Positions 16,755 through 31,990 of a DNA stretch of 64,000 bases are shown piece by piece. The notes beneath the pieces are model-generated. The model did no database searches, was not told the origin of the DNA, and saw only the letters and a list, made by a program, of their open reading frames with translations. Every line of letters begins with the position of its first letter. The stretch's first letter is position 1. The stretch is taken from NCBI RefSeq assembly GCF_009914755.1, contig NC_060928.1. The stretch is one strand, 5' to 3'. Made by a program: the position numbers and the translations under genes. The DNA comes from the human T2T-CHM13v2.0 reference genome, Homo sapiens.

Positions 16755-19556
16755 TAATTACTGAAATTTTGAGGGTATGGGGCGTTGCTATTAACTAAGC
16801 ATAGCACATATGTCCCAATTTAAAATTAAACATTAAACATCCCTATTCTAAAACTCTGTTGGCCTTTCCGGTACCAGGAACTTCTTACTGGCCAGTCTTC
16901 CATATAAAACCATAATCTATCCCCATATTCTCCATATTCTTGTCCTTTTTTTCCTCTCATCTCTTCTGAACTGTCACAATTTTAGCTGACAGTTCTCAAT
17001 CCAACCACCCTCCCTTCATAATATTTTCCTAAGCCCAGCAATTCACTTTTCTATTGCCTTCCATCCAGACAGGCTTTCCACACCTGTAGGCTCATTTTCC
17101 ATGACCAGAATGGCTCATTAGAATTTTCACTGAACAAACGGCTGTTCTCTCCCTCAGGGACCCCCACAAAACAAGCCACTGCCAGCTAATGTGTTTGTGG
17201 AGATGGGGTGGGAAGGGAAGGGAGGGGAGAACATCAGAAGAGGGTTCAGAGACTTAGTGGCCCTTGCAGAGGGGACAAAATAAATGTGGTACAACTTGAG
17301 AATAATCTGGACAATTTTCTGCCCCCTAGAATATCCACCTCACAGCCTCTAATTCTGTGCTTTGTTCTTTTGGACCCTGAAAGCTTTTTGGTCTTCAATA
17401 ATTCTCTATTAAAATGCAAATCCCTACTGGGAGTTGTTAAGCCTTATCAGCTAATAGCTGACTGTTGCAGGAGCATTAAGATCCTGCTGTAATGGGGCAC
17501 AGAATGGCAGAGGGATGGGACCGTACCGTGGAAGGACAAATAAATTCAGGAAGAAAGAGAGCGGGTATTTATTAAAGGGGTCATTTTGGGATCTTTCTTG
17601 TATTTTGACCAGAATGAACTTTGCTCACCATTATCCACAGCTGTTTCCTTTGCTTTCTCAACAGCAGTCATTTTTAAAGGGTTGGTTTTAAATACCTTTG
17701 ACCTGAGTATAAGTTGAATTAAGGAGGAATGCTGGAGCATCTCTGCTTTGCCTAAATTAGAAAGACTAAAAGTAATCTAAGGAAATTGCTACAGAACCCT
17801 TCTCTGCTCTAAATTTAGCTCCCATTTAATCACATCAGTGTCGTGGTACACACGTGTCTTTTGGTGGCTCAGTGGGTCACAGCAAAGCCTGGATGTGGCC
17901 AGGGTGGTGGGTGCATTTTGTCTGTGGTAGGAAAAAGTGGAATACATACCAGCAGACTTAGCAATTGTGTGCCCCTCAGGAGGGACCAAAACAGAGCATG
18001 GATGCACACTGCCAATATATCCGAACTCCCTGGAAAACTGCAGAGATGCAGCGTGACCTCCACGGGAAATGAAGGTATCCGTCAGCTGAGTCCCAGCCTT
18101 CCAGCCAGAGCACCTTCTCCGTCACCCGTAGCTCTCACACGTATGTCTTCTCTCCCCTGCTGGACTGTGAGTGCCCTCGTCTTTGACGGGAGCCAAGGCT
18201 ACTCCGTCACTGGGGGCAAGTCCAAAATGCTTTCAGAAAAAATGCATCCATAAAGAAGAAATGGCAATGCAGGATCATTCCAAAGCAGTGTTGTAAAAAT
18301 AAGTGCAGTCTTTGCCACCCTCTCACCCCTTTTGCCCAGGTCTGTTTTCCCTTTGCAGGTGTGTAATTCAAAATATTTAACAACCAGGAAGGCATCAGTA
18401 CTAATTAATCAGAAAAGAACAGGGCTTGCCCATGAAATCAATCCATGGGGCTCTGGGGCTGCCCATTGTGCAGCATTAACCCTTTAATTCCCCCGGAATT
18501 TGCTGGGTTTGCAAAGGCACACCCAGCGGGCTCAGGATAGCATCTGCTCACCCAGCAGTGTAGAAGTATTCCAACATTCCTGGTGCTTTCTTGCCTGAGT
18601 GCCAGCCTACCCAGTTCCAGGCACCTAGTTCTAATCTCCAATTGTGTGCTGAAGCTGGGCCTAGGCAAGCTCTCTTTGCATGGGGCCTGGATACTTTGAT
18701 GGGGGAAGGTCACTGAGCTCAATCCTGGGGCAGGCATGGAGGTTGTAGAGAATGGTCCAAGGCCTGGTGGCCCAAGAAAGCAATGTCTGTGTAGCTCTGA
18801 GCTGGGCTGTCAGGACAGGTTACAGCCTCTCCTCAGATACAGAGGTGTAGTCACTGGCTTTGACACCCAGGAAATTCCCTAATATAGATGTGTTTCTCTG
18901 GGAAAAGCCTTCTTCTGACATTGAGACACAAGCTTTCTATTCTATCTGTTTTTTTTTTTTTTTTTTGCTTAGCCTATTACCACTATTGAAGAAAAAAATA
19001 CCTTCCCCCATTTCTACTGTCTCCATGTCTCCCCGCAACCACACACACAAAAAACAACCCCAAAACAGCTTATCTTTTGGCGAACAAATTTCTGCTACTT
19101 CCTGGGGAGAGGAGAGGAACTGTTTTTATTGTATGCATTGGTGGAGGTGGGGATGGTGGGCTCATTTTTACTCCCTCTGCCCTCATTCATGCCTCCAACT
19201 TCTCTGTCTAGTACAGGAGTAGAGAGCTCTGACTCATAAGGTCTTTGAATATAATCATGGACTTGGAGGGGGTGGGCACAGGAGGAGAACAAGGAAGTGA
19301 GCTATTTTCAGTTTGTCAAAAATCCTAATAGAAAATATAGATTAACACTCTTGTGTGCAACTAGAGAAATTCAACTTGAGCTAGCTTAGGGGAAAAATTG
19401 GAGTTAATTGGCTCATGAAATCAATCCACAGAAATAAGTGGGGTGTGCTGAGTCTCAGCGACAGCTGAAGCCGGGCCCTAAATGTCACTGGGGCATTCTC
19501 TTATTCCCCATTTCTCACCTGTGCTCTTCTCCGAGTGTGGGCTCCATGCTGCAGGC

Positions 19557-19778
19557 CAGTGGTTCTCAACCAGAGAGGGAGAGCTATTTTACCTCCCGTG
19601 GGACATTTGGCAATATCTGGGGGACATTTTTGATTGTCACAACTTGGGGAAAGGTGCTTACTGACATTCAGTAGGTAGAGGCCAAAACTGCTGCTAATTA
19701 TCCCACAATGTATAGAACAGCCTCCCAAAACAAAGAATTATCTCACTAAAAATGTCAATAGTAGTTGAGAAAGCCTGC
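19557..19778 (+). mobile_element. MER20 (hAT-Charlie)
   Basis: cagtggttctcaac...gggacatttggcaat...ttgagaaagcctg. Confidence 0.85.
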
Positions 19779-19789
19779 TCTAAGACTAG

Positions 19790-20493
<704 letters not shown>

Positions 20494-20990
20494 GCCAGCT
20501 TTCTCCTGGAAACATAGCTGCTGGCAGCTCTCATACCCATATCTAATGGCTTTGGTGACCTAAGGGGGACTGAGATTCACTCACCCTGATCCAAATGTCA
20601 AAAATATCAGGGAATGTCTCCGATTGGTCCAACTTCATCCAGCGACACATCCCTAGACTAATCACTACGTCCAAAAGTTGAATGTTAGAAGGTCAGGGAA
20701 CCCCTTTCCAGGGCCTCATGTTTGGAGTTGGGAAGAAATATTCTCAGAATGAGAAGGGTAAAGGGCAGGCCAGAAAATAGATGACAGTCAGGCCACGAAA
20801 GCTCCTAGTGAGTAATTTTAGTTTGTCTGGGAGGCAACATCTTTTAGAAGTAGAGATATGAGGCAGCAGGCAAAGAGAAGTGACCCTCAAAGGAGCAAAT
20901 TCTGGGAACCATATTAATCGAGAACCCACCACTAAGATACTGCACAGGCCAGGCCAGTGTCCCATACTCCATACTCTTTATTCCCCACTC

Positions 20991-21360
<370 letters not shown>

Positions 21361-21607
21361 TAAACTAATTACTGCTAATGTTAGCTAGCTAATGAGTTAT
21401 TCCTTCCAGATGACATAATGCCTAACCCCGTTATAATGTGCATATTCTTTCAAAGGTCTCTAAAGGAGGAAATAGTAGTAGAACTTCCAATCAAGTAGGA
21501 GCTTGCTGGGAAAATTTTTTTGTTGTGGCGGCCTTCCATTCAAGTCATTAATGCAGGTAGCAAGTTATGCTGTGTCTGAATAAGACAGGTTCAAGGTTAA
21601 CATTTGC

Positions 21608-22243
<636 letters not shown>

Positions 22244-22671
22244 CAAGGCCAGCATTTTCTGAAGTATGTTCTTCGAAACAGGGAGTCCCTGGATGCTAGT
22301 AATTGTTACTGAAAATAAAGATTTCATAATAAAATCCATTAGGGAAATGCTGGTTTAGATGACATTTAGTACAGTTTTTTACTATAGGACTCAGGGCTCT
22401 TAATAGAATGGGTGTCGTGACTCTCAACGAAGGAAGAATAATGTGTAGACTTCCCAACTTATTGGGCCTAGGAGCCCCTTTGCTGAGGCGCATTTTACAT
22501 AGGACTACCAGTCCTGTTTTGTCCTTTGTCCTTGCATAATTGCTAAAGGCATTCTCCTTTGTTCCCCAAAGTATATCAGTTTGGAGGATAAATTTTATGG
22601 TCACCTTATTGTAACAGGAGCAAACTTTGGAAAATGCTTTTCTGTTGTTACCTGGATTTCTGGAGAGCAAC

Positions 22672-22884
22672 TTTTTTTTTTTTTTTTTTTTGAGATGGAG
22701 TCTCGCTCTGTCACCCAGGCTGCAGTGCAGTGGCGCCATCTCGGCTCACTGCAACCTGGTCCATCTCTCGGGTTCAAGTGATTCTCCTGCCCCAGCCTCC
22801 TGAGTAGCTGGGATTACAGGCACATTCCACCACACCTGGCTCATTTTTTGTATTTTTAGTAGAGACGGGGTTTCACCATGTTGG
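22672..22884 (-). mobile_element. 5'-truncated AluS
   Basis: Right arm plus part of left arm; ends at caccatgttgg. Confidence 0.92.
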
Positions 22885-23477
22885 TGAAACAATGGTTTCC
22901 TATTGTCCCCGGAATACTACTAAATTGATCCCCCATTAATATCAGCATTAGAATCCCAAAACCAAAGCACAGATTGTTTAAAATTAAACAGACCCTAAGC
23001 TGATTACATTATTAAAGTTGTTTTTTTTTGTTTGTTTGTTTTTTTTTTTGGTTGTTAAAAGACAGAAGCTAAACCTTAACAGGCCAAAAAAAAAAAAAGC
23101 TAGTAATTTGGGCAAGAAACTTAGAATCAGGGGACCAGCTTCAGGAACCACAGTTCCCTGATGCTTCCAGGATTTTCTCTCCAACCACAGCTTTTCTCCG
23201 CTTTAGCTTCAGTCCTTCCCACCAAGCAACAGAGAGTGGTTTCATGGGAGGAGGAAATAGGACAATGAAATTTTTGTTCTAAAGTCAAACTATGGGACAA
23301 AAAAATGATTCTTATAAAACGTTTTCCTTGAAAGTTCCTTAAATCACTTGTGAAGTACAATATATGTGGTTTGATGTATTCAACTCTGAATACATTCAAA
23401 TGACAGAGGTATGCGGTAATATACAGAACATAATGAAGGATGCACATGCAAAACATACATTTCCAGATCTTTACTTA

Positions 23478-23800
<323 letters not shown>

Positions 23801-24230
23801 AGGAGGGGGGTGGATGAAAGAATAAAAAGGAAGACTGCAGACGGTTTCTCCTAGCCACAGTCAGGGCGAAGGGCAGTGTTAATTCTTCAGTGTCATGTTC
23901 TCACTGGGGCGTGTCTCACTGAAGGGAAGGCTGGGAGGAGTTGCCTGTGCTGTTTTGACTGTGTTTGTTGATTTCCTCTCAATTCTCTAAATTCCATCAC
24001 TCTCACTATAGAATCTTGGAAAAACAGACTTAACCTTTCTGTACCTCAAATATAAAATGAGGGAATGATAGAACATACCTCATAGTTTTATTGTGATGAT
24101 AAAGTAGAATAATACAAGCAATGTATTTAGAACAGTACCAGGCATCTTTAAGCACCATGACTGCTACAACTGTTTGCACTGTAATAAAACCAATAGGGCC
24201 TCTGCTCTCTGGGGAGTTTTATTTTATTGG

Positions 24231-24539
24231 TTTTCTTTTTTTCTTTCTTTTTTTTTTTTTTTGAGATGGAGTCTAGCTCTGTTGTCCAGGCTGGAGTGCA
24301 GAGATCTCATCTCACTGCAACCTCCGTCTCCTAGGTTCAAGCAATCCTCCTTCATCAGCCTCCCGAGTAGCTGGGACTACAGACATGCACCACCACGCCC
24401 GGCTAATTTTTGTATATTTAGTAGGGATGGAGTTTCACAATGTTGGCCAGACTGGTCTGGAACTCCTGGCCTCAGGTGATCCACCCGCCTCGGCCTCCCA
24501 AAGTGCTGGGATTATGGGGGTGAGCCACCACGCCCAGCC
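24231..24539 (-). mobile_element. Alu element (S/J)
   Basis: Reverse Alu dimer. Confidence 0.93.
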
Positions 24540-24644
24540 TGGTTTTCATTTTCTGTGTTTTCTCCTCACCCCCAGTTTTTGTTTTGTTTCTTTGGTTTTT
24601 AGTCAGCCTTCTGACTGGTTTGCACCTTATGAAGAGAAATATCT

Positions 24645-24782
24645 TGTTTTTGTTTGTTTTGTTTTGAGACAGGGTATCACTATGTGGACCAGGCTGGACT
24701 CGAACTCCTGGGCTCAAGGCAATCTTCCCATCTCAGCCTCCTGAGTAGCTGGGACCACAGGCTCACACCTCTATACCTGGCT
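24645..24782 (-). mobile_element. FLAM/AluJ monomer
   Basis: Left-monomer-type sequence with ctcctgggctcaag. Confidence 0.8.
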
Positions 24783-25062
24783 AGAAAGCTGCTTTTGATT
24801 CCTTCTTCAGAAGTCACACTCCATTATCACTCATTCAACAAATATTTATTAAGTAACTCCTATGGGCCAGGCATAATTCAAGGTGCTTCAGATGTAGCAG
24901 AAAACAAATCGACACAAATCCCCGCCCTTGTGGTCTTATGTCCCCATGGGAGAAGGGAAATATGAAGGAAAAAATGTCAAGCGTCTCCTGCTCCCCGGCT
25001 TATACTTCAAATTACATTGTGTTTCTCCCCTTCTCCTGCTGCAGCTTACGCTTATTTATTAC

Positions 25063-25364
25063 TTTTTTTTTTTTTTTTTTTTTGAGACGGAGTCTCGCTC
25101 TGTCACCCAGATTGGAGCACAGTGGTGCGATCTCCACTCAATGCAAACTCCGCCTCCTGGGTTCACGCCATCCTCCTGCCTCAGCCTCCCGAGTAGCTGG
25201 GACTACAGGCACCCGCCACCACGCCTGGCCAATTTTTTTATATTTTTAGTAAAGACAGGGTTTCACTGTGTTAGCCAGGATGGTCTCGATCTCCTGACCT
25301 CATGATCTGCCCGCCTAGGCCTCCCAAAGTGCTGGGATTACAGGCGTGAGCCACGGCGCCTGGC
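25063..25364 (-). mobile_element. AluY adjacent to the pseudogene poly(A) tail
   Basis: AluY diagnostics (ttcacgcca, gttagccaggatggtctcgatc). Confidence 0.93.
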
Positions 25365-25378
25365 CCTTTATATATATA

Positions 25379-26146
<768 letters not shown>

Positions 26147-26367
26147 TACCTGTAACTTCTTGATACCACCTGCTTGCTGTAAACTTTTCCCTTAAAAACA
26201 AGGTTTTTCCAAGGGAAAACAAGGTTGAAACCAAAAGGTTTATTTGCAAATACCCTGGGTTTTCCCAGAAAGAATTTCAGGCAGCTTCCTTGCCCTTTGG
26301 CCTCATTGCTTACAAGTGACTTTTTCCTTTGCTGCATGTGCTGTGATATTTTTCTCTTTCTGTCTCC

Positions 26368-26410
26368 CTTTTTCTTTTTCTCTTTTTCTTTCTTTCTTTC
26401 TTTCTTTCTC

Positions 26411-26453
<43 letters not shown>

Positions 26454-26551
26454 CTTTCTTTCTTTCTTTCTTTTTTCCTTCCTTCCTTCCTTTCTTTCTT
26501 TCCTTTTTTCTTTCTTTCTTTCTTTCCTTCTTTCTTTCTCTCTCTCTCTTT
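26368..26551. repeat. Compound (CTTT)n/(CCTT)n microsatellite (expanded Alu tail)
   Basis: About 180 bp of nearly pure pyrimidine tetranucleotide repeats. Confidence 0.95.
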
Positions 26552-26841
26552 ATTTTTTTTCAGGGTCTCATTCTGTCGCCCAGGCTGGAGTGCAGTGGCA
26601 CACAATCTCGGTTCACTGCAATCTCCACCTCCCAGGCTAAAGTGATCCTCCCACCTCAACCTCCCAAGTAGCTGGGACTACAGGCATGCGCCACTATGTC
26701 CAGCTAATTTTTGTATTTTTTGGTAGAGACAGGTTTTCACTGTGTTGGCCAGGCTGGTCTCAAACTCCTGACCTCAATTGATCCACCTGCTTTGGCCTCC
26801 CAAAGTGCTGGGATTACAGGTGTGAGCTCCTGCGCCCAGCC
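26552..26841 (-). mobile_element. AluJ element
   Basis: Diverged reverse Alu; TSD tgctgtgata encloses the Alu plus the microsatellite. Confidence 0.9.
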
Positions 26842-26879
26842 ATGCTGTGATAGTTTTTCCTTGGTGCTAGTTCCCTTTC

Positions 26880-27110
26880 TTAAGCTGGAATTCCATCTCC
26901 CACTTGGTCCTTTCAGAGTCCCTTCTTTTGATGCAGGCAAGAAATCCTAATTTAGCATCACTTGTGATTATAATTAAGGTGCTGTTTACTCCCTCTTCCA
27001 GATCATTAATGAGGATGTTAAATGAGACCAGAATGAAACCGTGTCCCCATGGCATTCCGCTAGACACCTTCCAACAACTTGACACTCTGCCATTTGCTGT
27101 TTCATTACCC
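26880..27110 (-). mobile_element. CR1/L3 LINE reverse-transcriptase relic
   Basis: Translation VSSGMPWGHGFILVSFNILINDLEEGVNSTLI..SDAKLG resembles the CR1 RT block [21 protein letters not shown]...KFADDTKLGG. Confidence 0.85.
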
Positions 27111-27446
27111 TTTGTTTACCTTGTGAGCTCAGGCCCTTGCTTTTGAAGGAGGCAGAAAGCTTACTATTTCTACTGCTGCATAGATACCACTTAAAGGGTG
27201 GGGCTGTTAAAACCTGGCAGATTGTAAATGCATCCTTTTGAGTTTGAATTAAATGTGGATTATGAATAGAGCATTGTCAGTAAATACTGTTGCCCTCCCT
27301 CCTCTCAGATGCCTTTGTTTGCTCTTGACTTTCTGCAGCTGTTGTCTTTCTGGGAGCAGAGAAGGGTAGCTGTTTGCTGTATGCAAAGATATTGCTTGGA
27401 TCAGCTTAACTACAAGTGTAAAGTTACACTGTTGCATGTGAAAGAT

Positions 27447-27898
27447 GTGGTAGATGGATTGCATTCATGGCTCTAGTTTTTCTCTCCTCCCCATATCCAT
27501 GCCCTTTACTGAAGTAACTTTGCAGTACACTCCCAACTCTGACTCTGCCAAGCCATGTGACTTTCTTTGACAAATGGGATTTTAGCAGACATAATGCAAG
27601 TGTAAGCTTGGAAAAAAGCACTACGTGTCTGCTTGCACTCCTGAGCCTCCACCATTGCTGTGAAAACATGCCTGGGAGAGCCTGCTGGAAGACAGTACCC
27701 AGAGCAGCGCCCCAGTCTCTCCAGTTGACTAGCCAGGACCAGCCTAGATCTTCTGACAACTGGATGACCTTCAGATATGTGAGTGAAACCAGCAGAATTT
27801 GCAAGCTGACCACCACCAGATGCATGAGCAATAAGTATACTGCTTATGAGGTCTTGTTTGTTATACAGCCTCAGCTATGGCAATAGATAGCTGATACA
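27447..27898 (+). mobile_element. MLT1-family MaLR LTR
   Basis: tgtggtagatggattgc start; ttgtttgttatacagc...gcaatagatagctgataca end. Confidence 0.75.
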
Positions 27899-28160
27899 AT
27901 AGCACACATTTGGAGCTTTGTGGACTGGGAACTCATTGATCTTCCAAAGATTTTCCACATGGTGGGTCCCTGACACGATCCTTTACAAGAAATGAGAAGG
28001 AAAAGTTTTCTAAATAGAGATTCAGAAGGACAAAACAGGCTCTAGCATCTACAGTAACCTTTAAGAGACAAGGAGCAAGGGAGAAAAGAGCCTCCATGGA
28101 GACTTCCAGAATATGCAGGGCACTAAAAAAACTCCTTTTTCCTTTCTCTTTCTCTCTCTC

Positions 28161-28284
28161 TTTTAAGTAAAACAAGGTCTCACTGTACTGCCCAGGTTGG
28201 TTTCAAATTCCTGGGCTCAAGTGATCTTCCGACCTTGGTCTCCCAAAGTGGTAGGATTATAGGCGTGAGCCACTGCACCTGGCC
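28161..28284 (-). mobile_element. FLAM_C monomer
   Basis: Single left Alu monomer. Confidence 0.85.
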
Positions 28285-28465
28285 TTCTTTTTCCAATGAA
28301 GACAGAAAAGAGAAATGAAGGGTGACCTAATAATTAGAATGCACTGACTCTCCCCTAACCCTAGGCACTGGTTTGCTGTTTCATTTTCAAATATTTGCCT
28401 CCGGAAACAGTCAAATCACTCAGGCTACAGCCGAAAAATGCTCCTTTGGTTTATGGCAACGCCAT

Positions 28466-29012
28466 TGTTACAGGAAAGGGGTTCCGATCCAGACCTTAAA
28501 AGAGGGTTCTTGGATCTTGTGCAAGAAAGAATTCAGGGTGAGCCATACAAAAAAGTGAAAGCAAGTTTATTAAGAAAATAAAGGAATAAAATAATGGCTG
28601 CTTTATAGACAGAACACCCAGAGGGCTGCTGGTTGTCTATTTTTATGGTTATTTTTCCATCATATGCTAAACAATGAGTGGATTATTCATGCCTCCCCTT
28701 TCTAGACTATATAGGGTAAGTTCCTGACATTGCCATGGCATCCATAAACTGTCATGGCGCTGGTGGAAGTGTAGTAGTGAGGATGACCAGCGGTCACTCT
28801 CATGACCATCTTGGTTTTGATGGGTTTTCAGTGGTTTCTTACTGCAACTTGTTTTATTACCAAGGTCTTTATGACCTGTGTCTTGTATCTCCTGTCTCAT
28901 CCCGTAACTTAGAATCCCTTAACCATCTGGGAATGCAGCCCAGTAGGCCTTAGCCTCATTTTACCCAGCTCCTATTCAAGATGGAGTTGCTCTGGTTCAC
29001 ACGCCACAGACA
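28466..29012 (-). mobile_element. MER41A solo LTR (ERV1)
   Basis: Reverse complement matches MER41 (gaaccagagcaactccatcttgaatagg...); A-type short form aaggggaggcatgaataatcc. Confidence 0.88.
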
Positions 29013-29143
29013 CTGAGACAGGTGGCCTTACGAAGATGGGTAAAGCCTGGAAAAGGAGTTTGCACTCCTTACTCTGAGTGGAGGCACATGCTTCTTAAGT
29101 GCACAAGCTTCTGAAGACACAGCCTCTACTTGCTCCTTGGGGC

Positions 29144-29444
29144 TTTTTTTTTTCTTTCTTTTTCTGGAGACCGAGTCTGGCTCTGCTGCCCAGGCTGGAG
29201 TACAGCAATCTCAGCTCACTGCAGCCTCCGCCTCCCAGGTTCGAGTGGTTGAATCCTGCCTCAGCCTCCTGAGTAGCTGAGATTACAGGCATGCGCCACC
29301 ACGCCCGGCTAATTTTTGTATTTTTAGTAGAGACAGGGTTCCACCATGTTGGTCAGGCTGGTCTTGAACTCCTGACCTCAAGTGATCTGCCCGCCTTGGC
29401 CTTCCAAAGTGCTGGGATTACAGGTGTGAGCCACCATGCCTGGC
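29144..29444 (-). mobile_element. AluS element
   Basis: Reverse Alu; TSD tggggctttt. Confidence 0.95.
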
Positions 29445-29509
29445 CCCTGGGGCTTTTCTTACTCAGCAGCCCTCTAGGCTGCCTCTTCACAGCGGACACC
29501 CAACCTTAG

Positions 29510-29670
29510 AATGGGCAAAGTGTGGCCCCTGGCCAGCAGCCTGGGCATCACCCAGGAGCTCATCAGACCTGCAGAATCTCAGAGCCCACCCTCACCTAAT
29601 GAATCTAAACTGACATTTCACTGGAACCACAGGGAATTTGTGTGCACATTAAAGTTCAAGGAGCACAGGT
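29510..29670. mobile_element. MER5-type hAT relic
   Basis: caaagtgtggcccct..ccagcagc..gcagaatctc..gcacattaaagtt. Confidence 0.7.
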
Positions 29671-31208
29671 CTTAGGAGATGTAGAGCTCCTCTGGAAGGG
29701 CATATCATTTATTTGGGGTCCATCCCCACCTCTAGGTGGTGAGTTCTTGAGGGGAGGATGATACCTTGTGAGTCTTTGTATCCCCAGCACCAAGCACTGC
29801 GCCTAAATGTAATAGGAGCTCAAAACTAATTTGCTAAACTGCAGTGAGCTGATGTAACTGAACAGCCAGACTCGTCAAGCTTACTCCCCTATCTCGTGGA
29901 CAGGACTTTCCTCTCCAGGATTCCTGAGCTGCCTGGAGCAGTGACCACCTTTAATGCACAAATTTGTCAAAACAAGGCAAACCCCACCTCCCCGCCCCCA
30001 CACACACAGACCCTGGGCAGCTCTGTGCACTCCAGAGATTTAGGTTTGAACATTGTGATGTAAAGCACAACATCCAGTGCATTTGAATAAGTGAGTTTGG
30101 GATCGGCATTCTGCATATATTAGAATGTCAATGAGGAACTTAAATTAGGGCCCTACTAAAAAATTTGCTAGGCCTTCAACAGTGGACTCAGAAATAGACC
30201 AGCAGGCAGGGAGGGAGGAAGAGAGGAAAGGAAGAAGGTTAAAAAACTGGGAGAGTGACAGTCGGGGAGGGGGAGGAAAGAAAAAATAGGCTAGGGCTTA
30301 TGGGACCTAAATTTTACCTTGTTATTTTCTAGTGGAACTTGGAATTTTTCACCCCCTCTCACGGTATCATTGACATTAAATATCCAATCTTCTCTGCCCC
30401 ACATCAACTTGAGTAATAAACCACAGCCAAGGTTGGCTGCATCTGCTCTCTTCCTCCTTACTCAATTCAAGTTAAGAATGCTCACACCATACACTACTAT
30501 TGGGATTTTTAAAATGATTTATTTTGCTACACAGTTCAGACCTTTGAACCAGGCTGGATGCTGGGTGCTTTGTTGACACAGTAGTTAGGGATAAAAGGGG
30601 AGTTTGGGGAATTGCAGAATTCTGACTTTCTATAAATCACTAATTTTATTGTAGTAAATAGAGGTCACCTCCTGGAACTTCAGTCGCCTGCCTTGAAAAA
30701 TGGCATGAAACGATCAATGTCCATCTAAAGGAAAAAAAACAGGACAAAGAGAGTGGAAGGGAAAAGTATTTTCTCAGTTTTAGCCAAGGCTGCATCAAGA
30801 ATATGGCTAGTATGCTCAAAGCTATCTTTAAGAGGTGGCCCAGAAACTTCCCATTTCTTCTTTGAGCACACTGTCTATTGCCCCTGCCCTAGACGAGAGG
30901 CTAAAGGCAAAGAATGTGGCAAAGTAGCTGGGGTGTGGGGGACCTTGGACATTCAGTTCTGTCATGAGCTTAGAAGGGCTAAGCCAGAAGGGAGACTGAA
31001 GAGTGCACTCCAAAACTGTGCCCGATTCAGCTGAGAGTAATCAAAACAGATACCACATATGGCAGGAGCTGCAAACACAGGCAAACTCAGGGGCCATGGA
31101 GGGAAGGTAAATGGCTTGGGAGAGTTGCTAAACTGAGAGACTCTAGCTTGAGTTACTCAACATCTTTCTAACTCCTTCTTTCTTTTTTGTTCTCCTGTTT
31201 TTTCTTTC

Positions 31209-31420
31209 CTTATTTTATTTTATTTTATTTTGTTTCATTTTATTTTATTTTATTTTATTATTTTATTGCGTTCTGGGGCACATGTGAAGGATGTGCAGGT
31301 TTATTGCATAGGTAAACATGTGCCATGGTGGTTTGCTGCAACTATCCACCCATCACCTAAGTACTAAGCCCAGTATGCATTAGCTATTTTTCCTGATGCT
31401 CTCCCTCCTCCCTCCCTCAT
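31209..31420 (-). mobile_element. L1PA 3' end fragment
   Basis: (TTTTA)n tail followed by ggtaaacatgtgccatggtggtttgctgca..gcattagctatttttcctgatgctctc. Confidence 0.85.
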
Positions 31421-31422
31421 TT

Positions 31423-31426
<4 letters not shown>

Positions 31427-31453
<27 letters not shown>

Positions 31454-31643
31454 CCAGGTCTCGCTATGTTTCCCAGGCTGGAGTGCAGTGGTGCGACCTC
31501 AGCTCACTGCAACCTCTGCCTCCCAAGCTCAAACGATCCTTCCACCTCAGCCTCCTGAGTGAGATTACAGGTGCATGTCACCAGGCCTGGCTAATTTTTT
31601 AATTTTTTGTAGAGAAGGGGTTTCACCATGTTGCCCAGGCTGC
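31427..31643 (-). mobile_element. (TG)n tract plus truncated AluJ
   Basis: About 13 TG units followed by an Alu right arm ending near ttgcccaggctg. Confidence 0.85.
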
Positions 31644-31649
31644 CTCACT

Positions 31650-31990
31650 TCTAACCTGTAAGACATAAGTGGAAGTCCCTGGAAAGTCTTCCTTTCTTGT
31701 ATAAAAAAGCAAAGTCTTGCTAGGAGAGATTTTGTCCTTTGCTCCTTTGCCATTCCCTCCTCCTTTTCCTGCCTGAAACACAGATGCCATAGCTTGCTGT
31801 GCAGGAGCCATCTTGAGATCATGAGGACCAAACACTTCATGCTTAAAGACAGCAGAGCAGCAAGGCTGAGGAGCCTAGGTCCCTGCTGGCATTGCTCAGC
31901 CTCACTGCCAGCCCTGGACATCTAGCTGCAAGAAGAAAATTAACCCCTTACTTATTTAAGCCCCTGTGGTCAGGTTTTCTACTCTACACA
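31650..31990 (+). mobile_element. MLT1J/K-like LTR fragment
   Basis: gcagg..agccatcttgagatcatgag..., cccttacttatttaagcc. Confidence 0.55.

Noticed and set aside
26225-26671. F/L/S-rich and K/E/R-rich ORFs of 118-148 aa
   Set aside because: Stop-free reading of the (CTTT)n microsatellite
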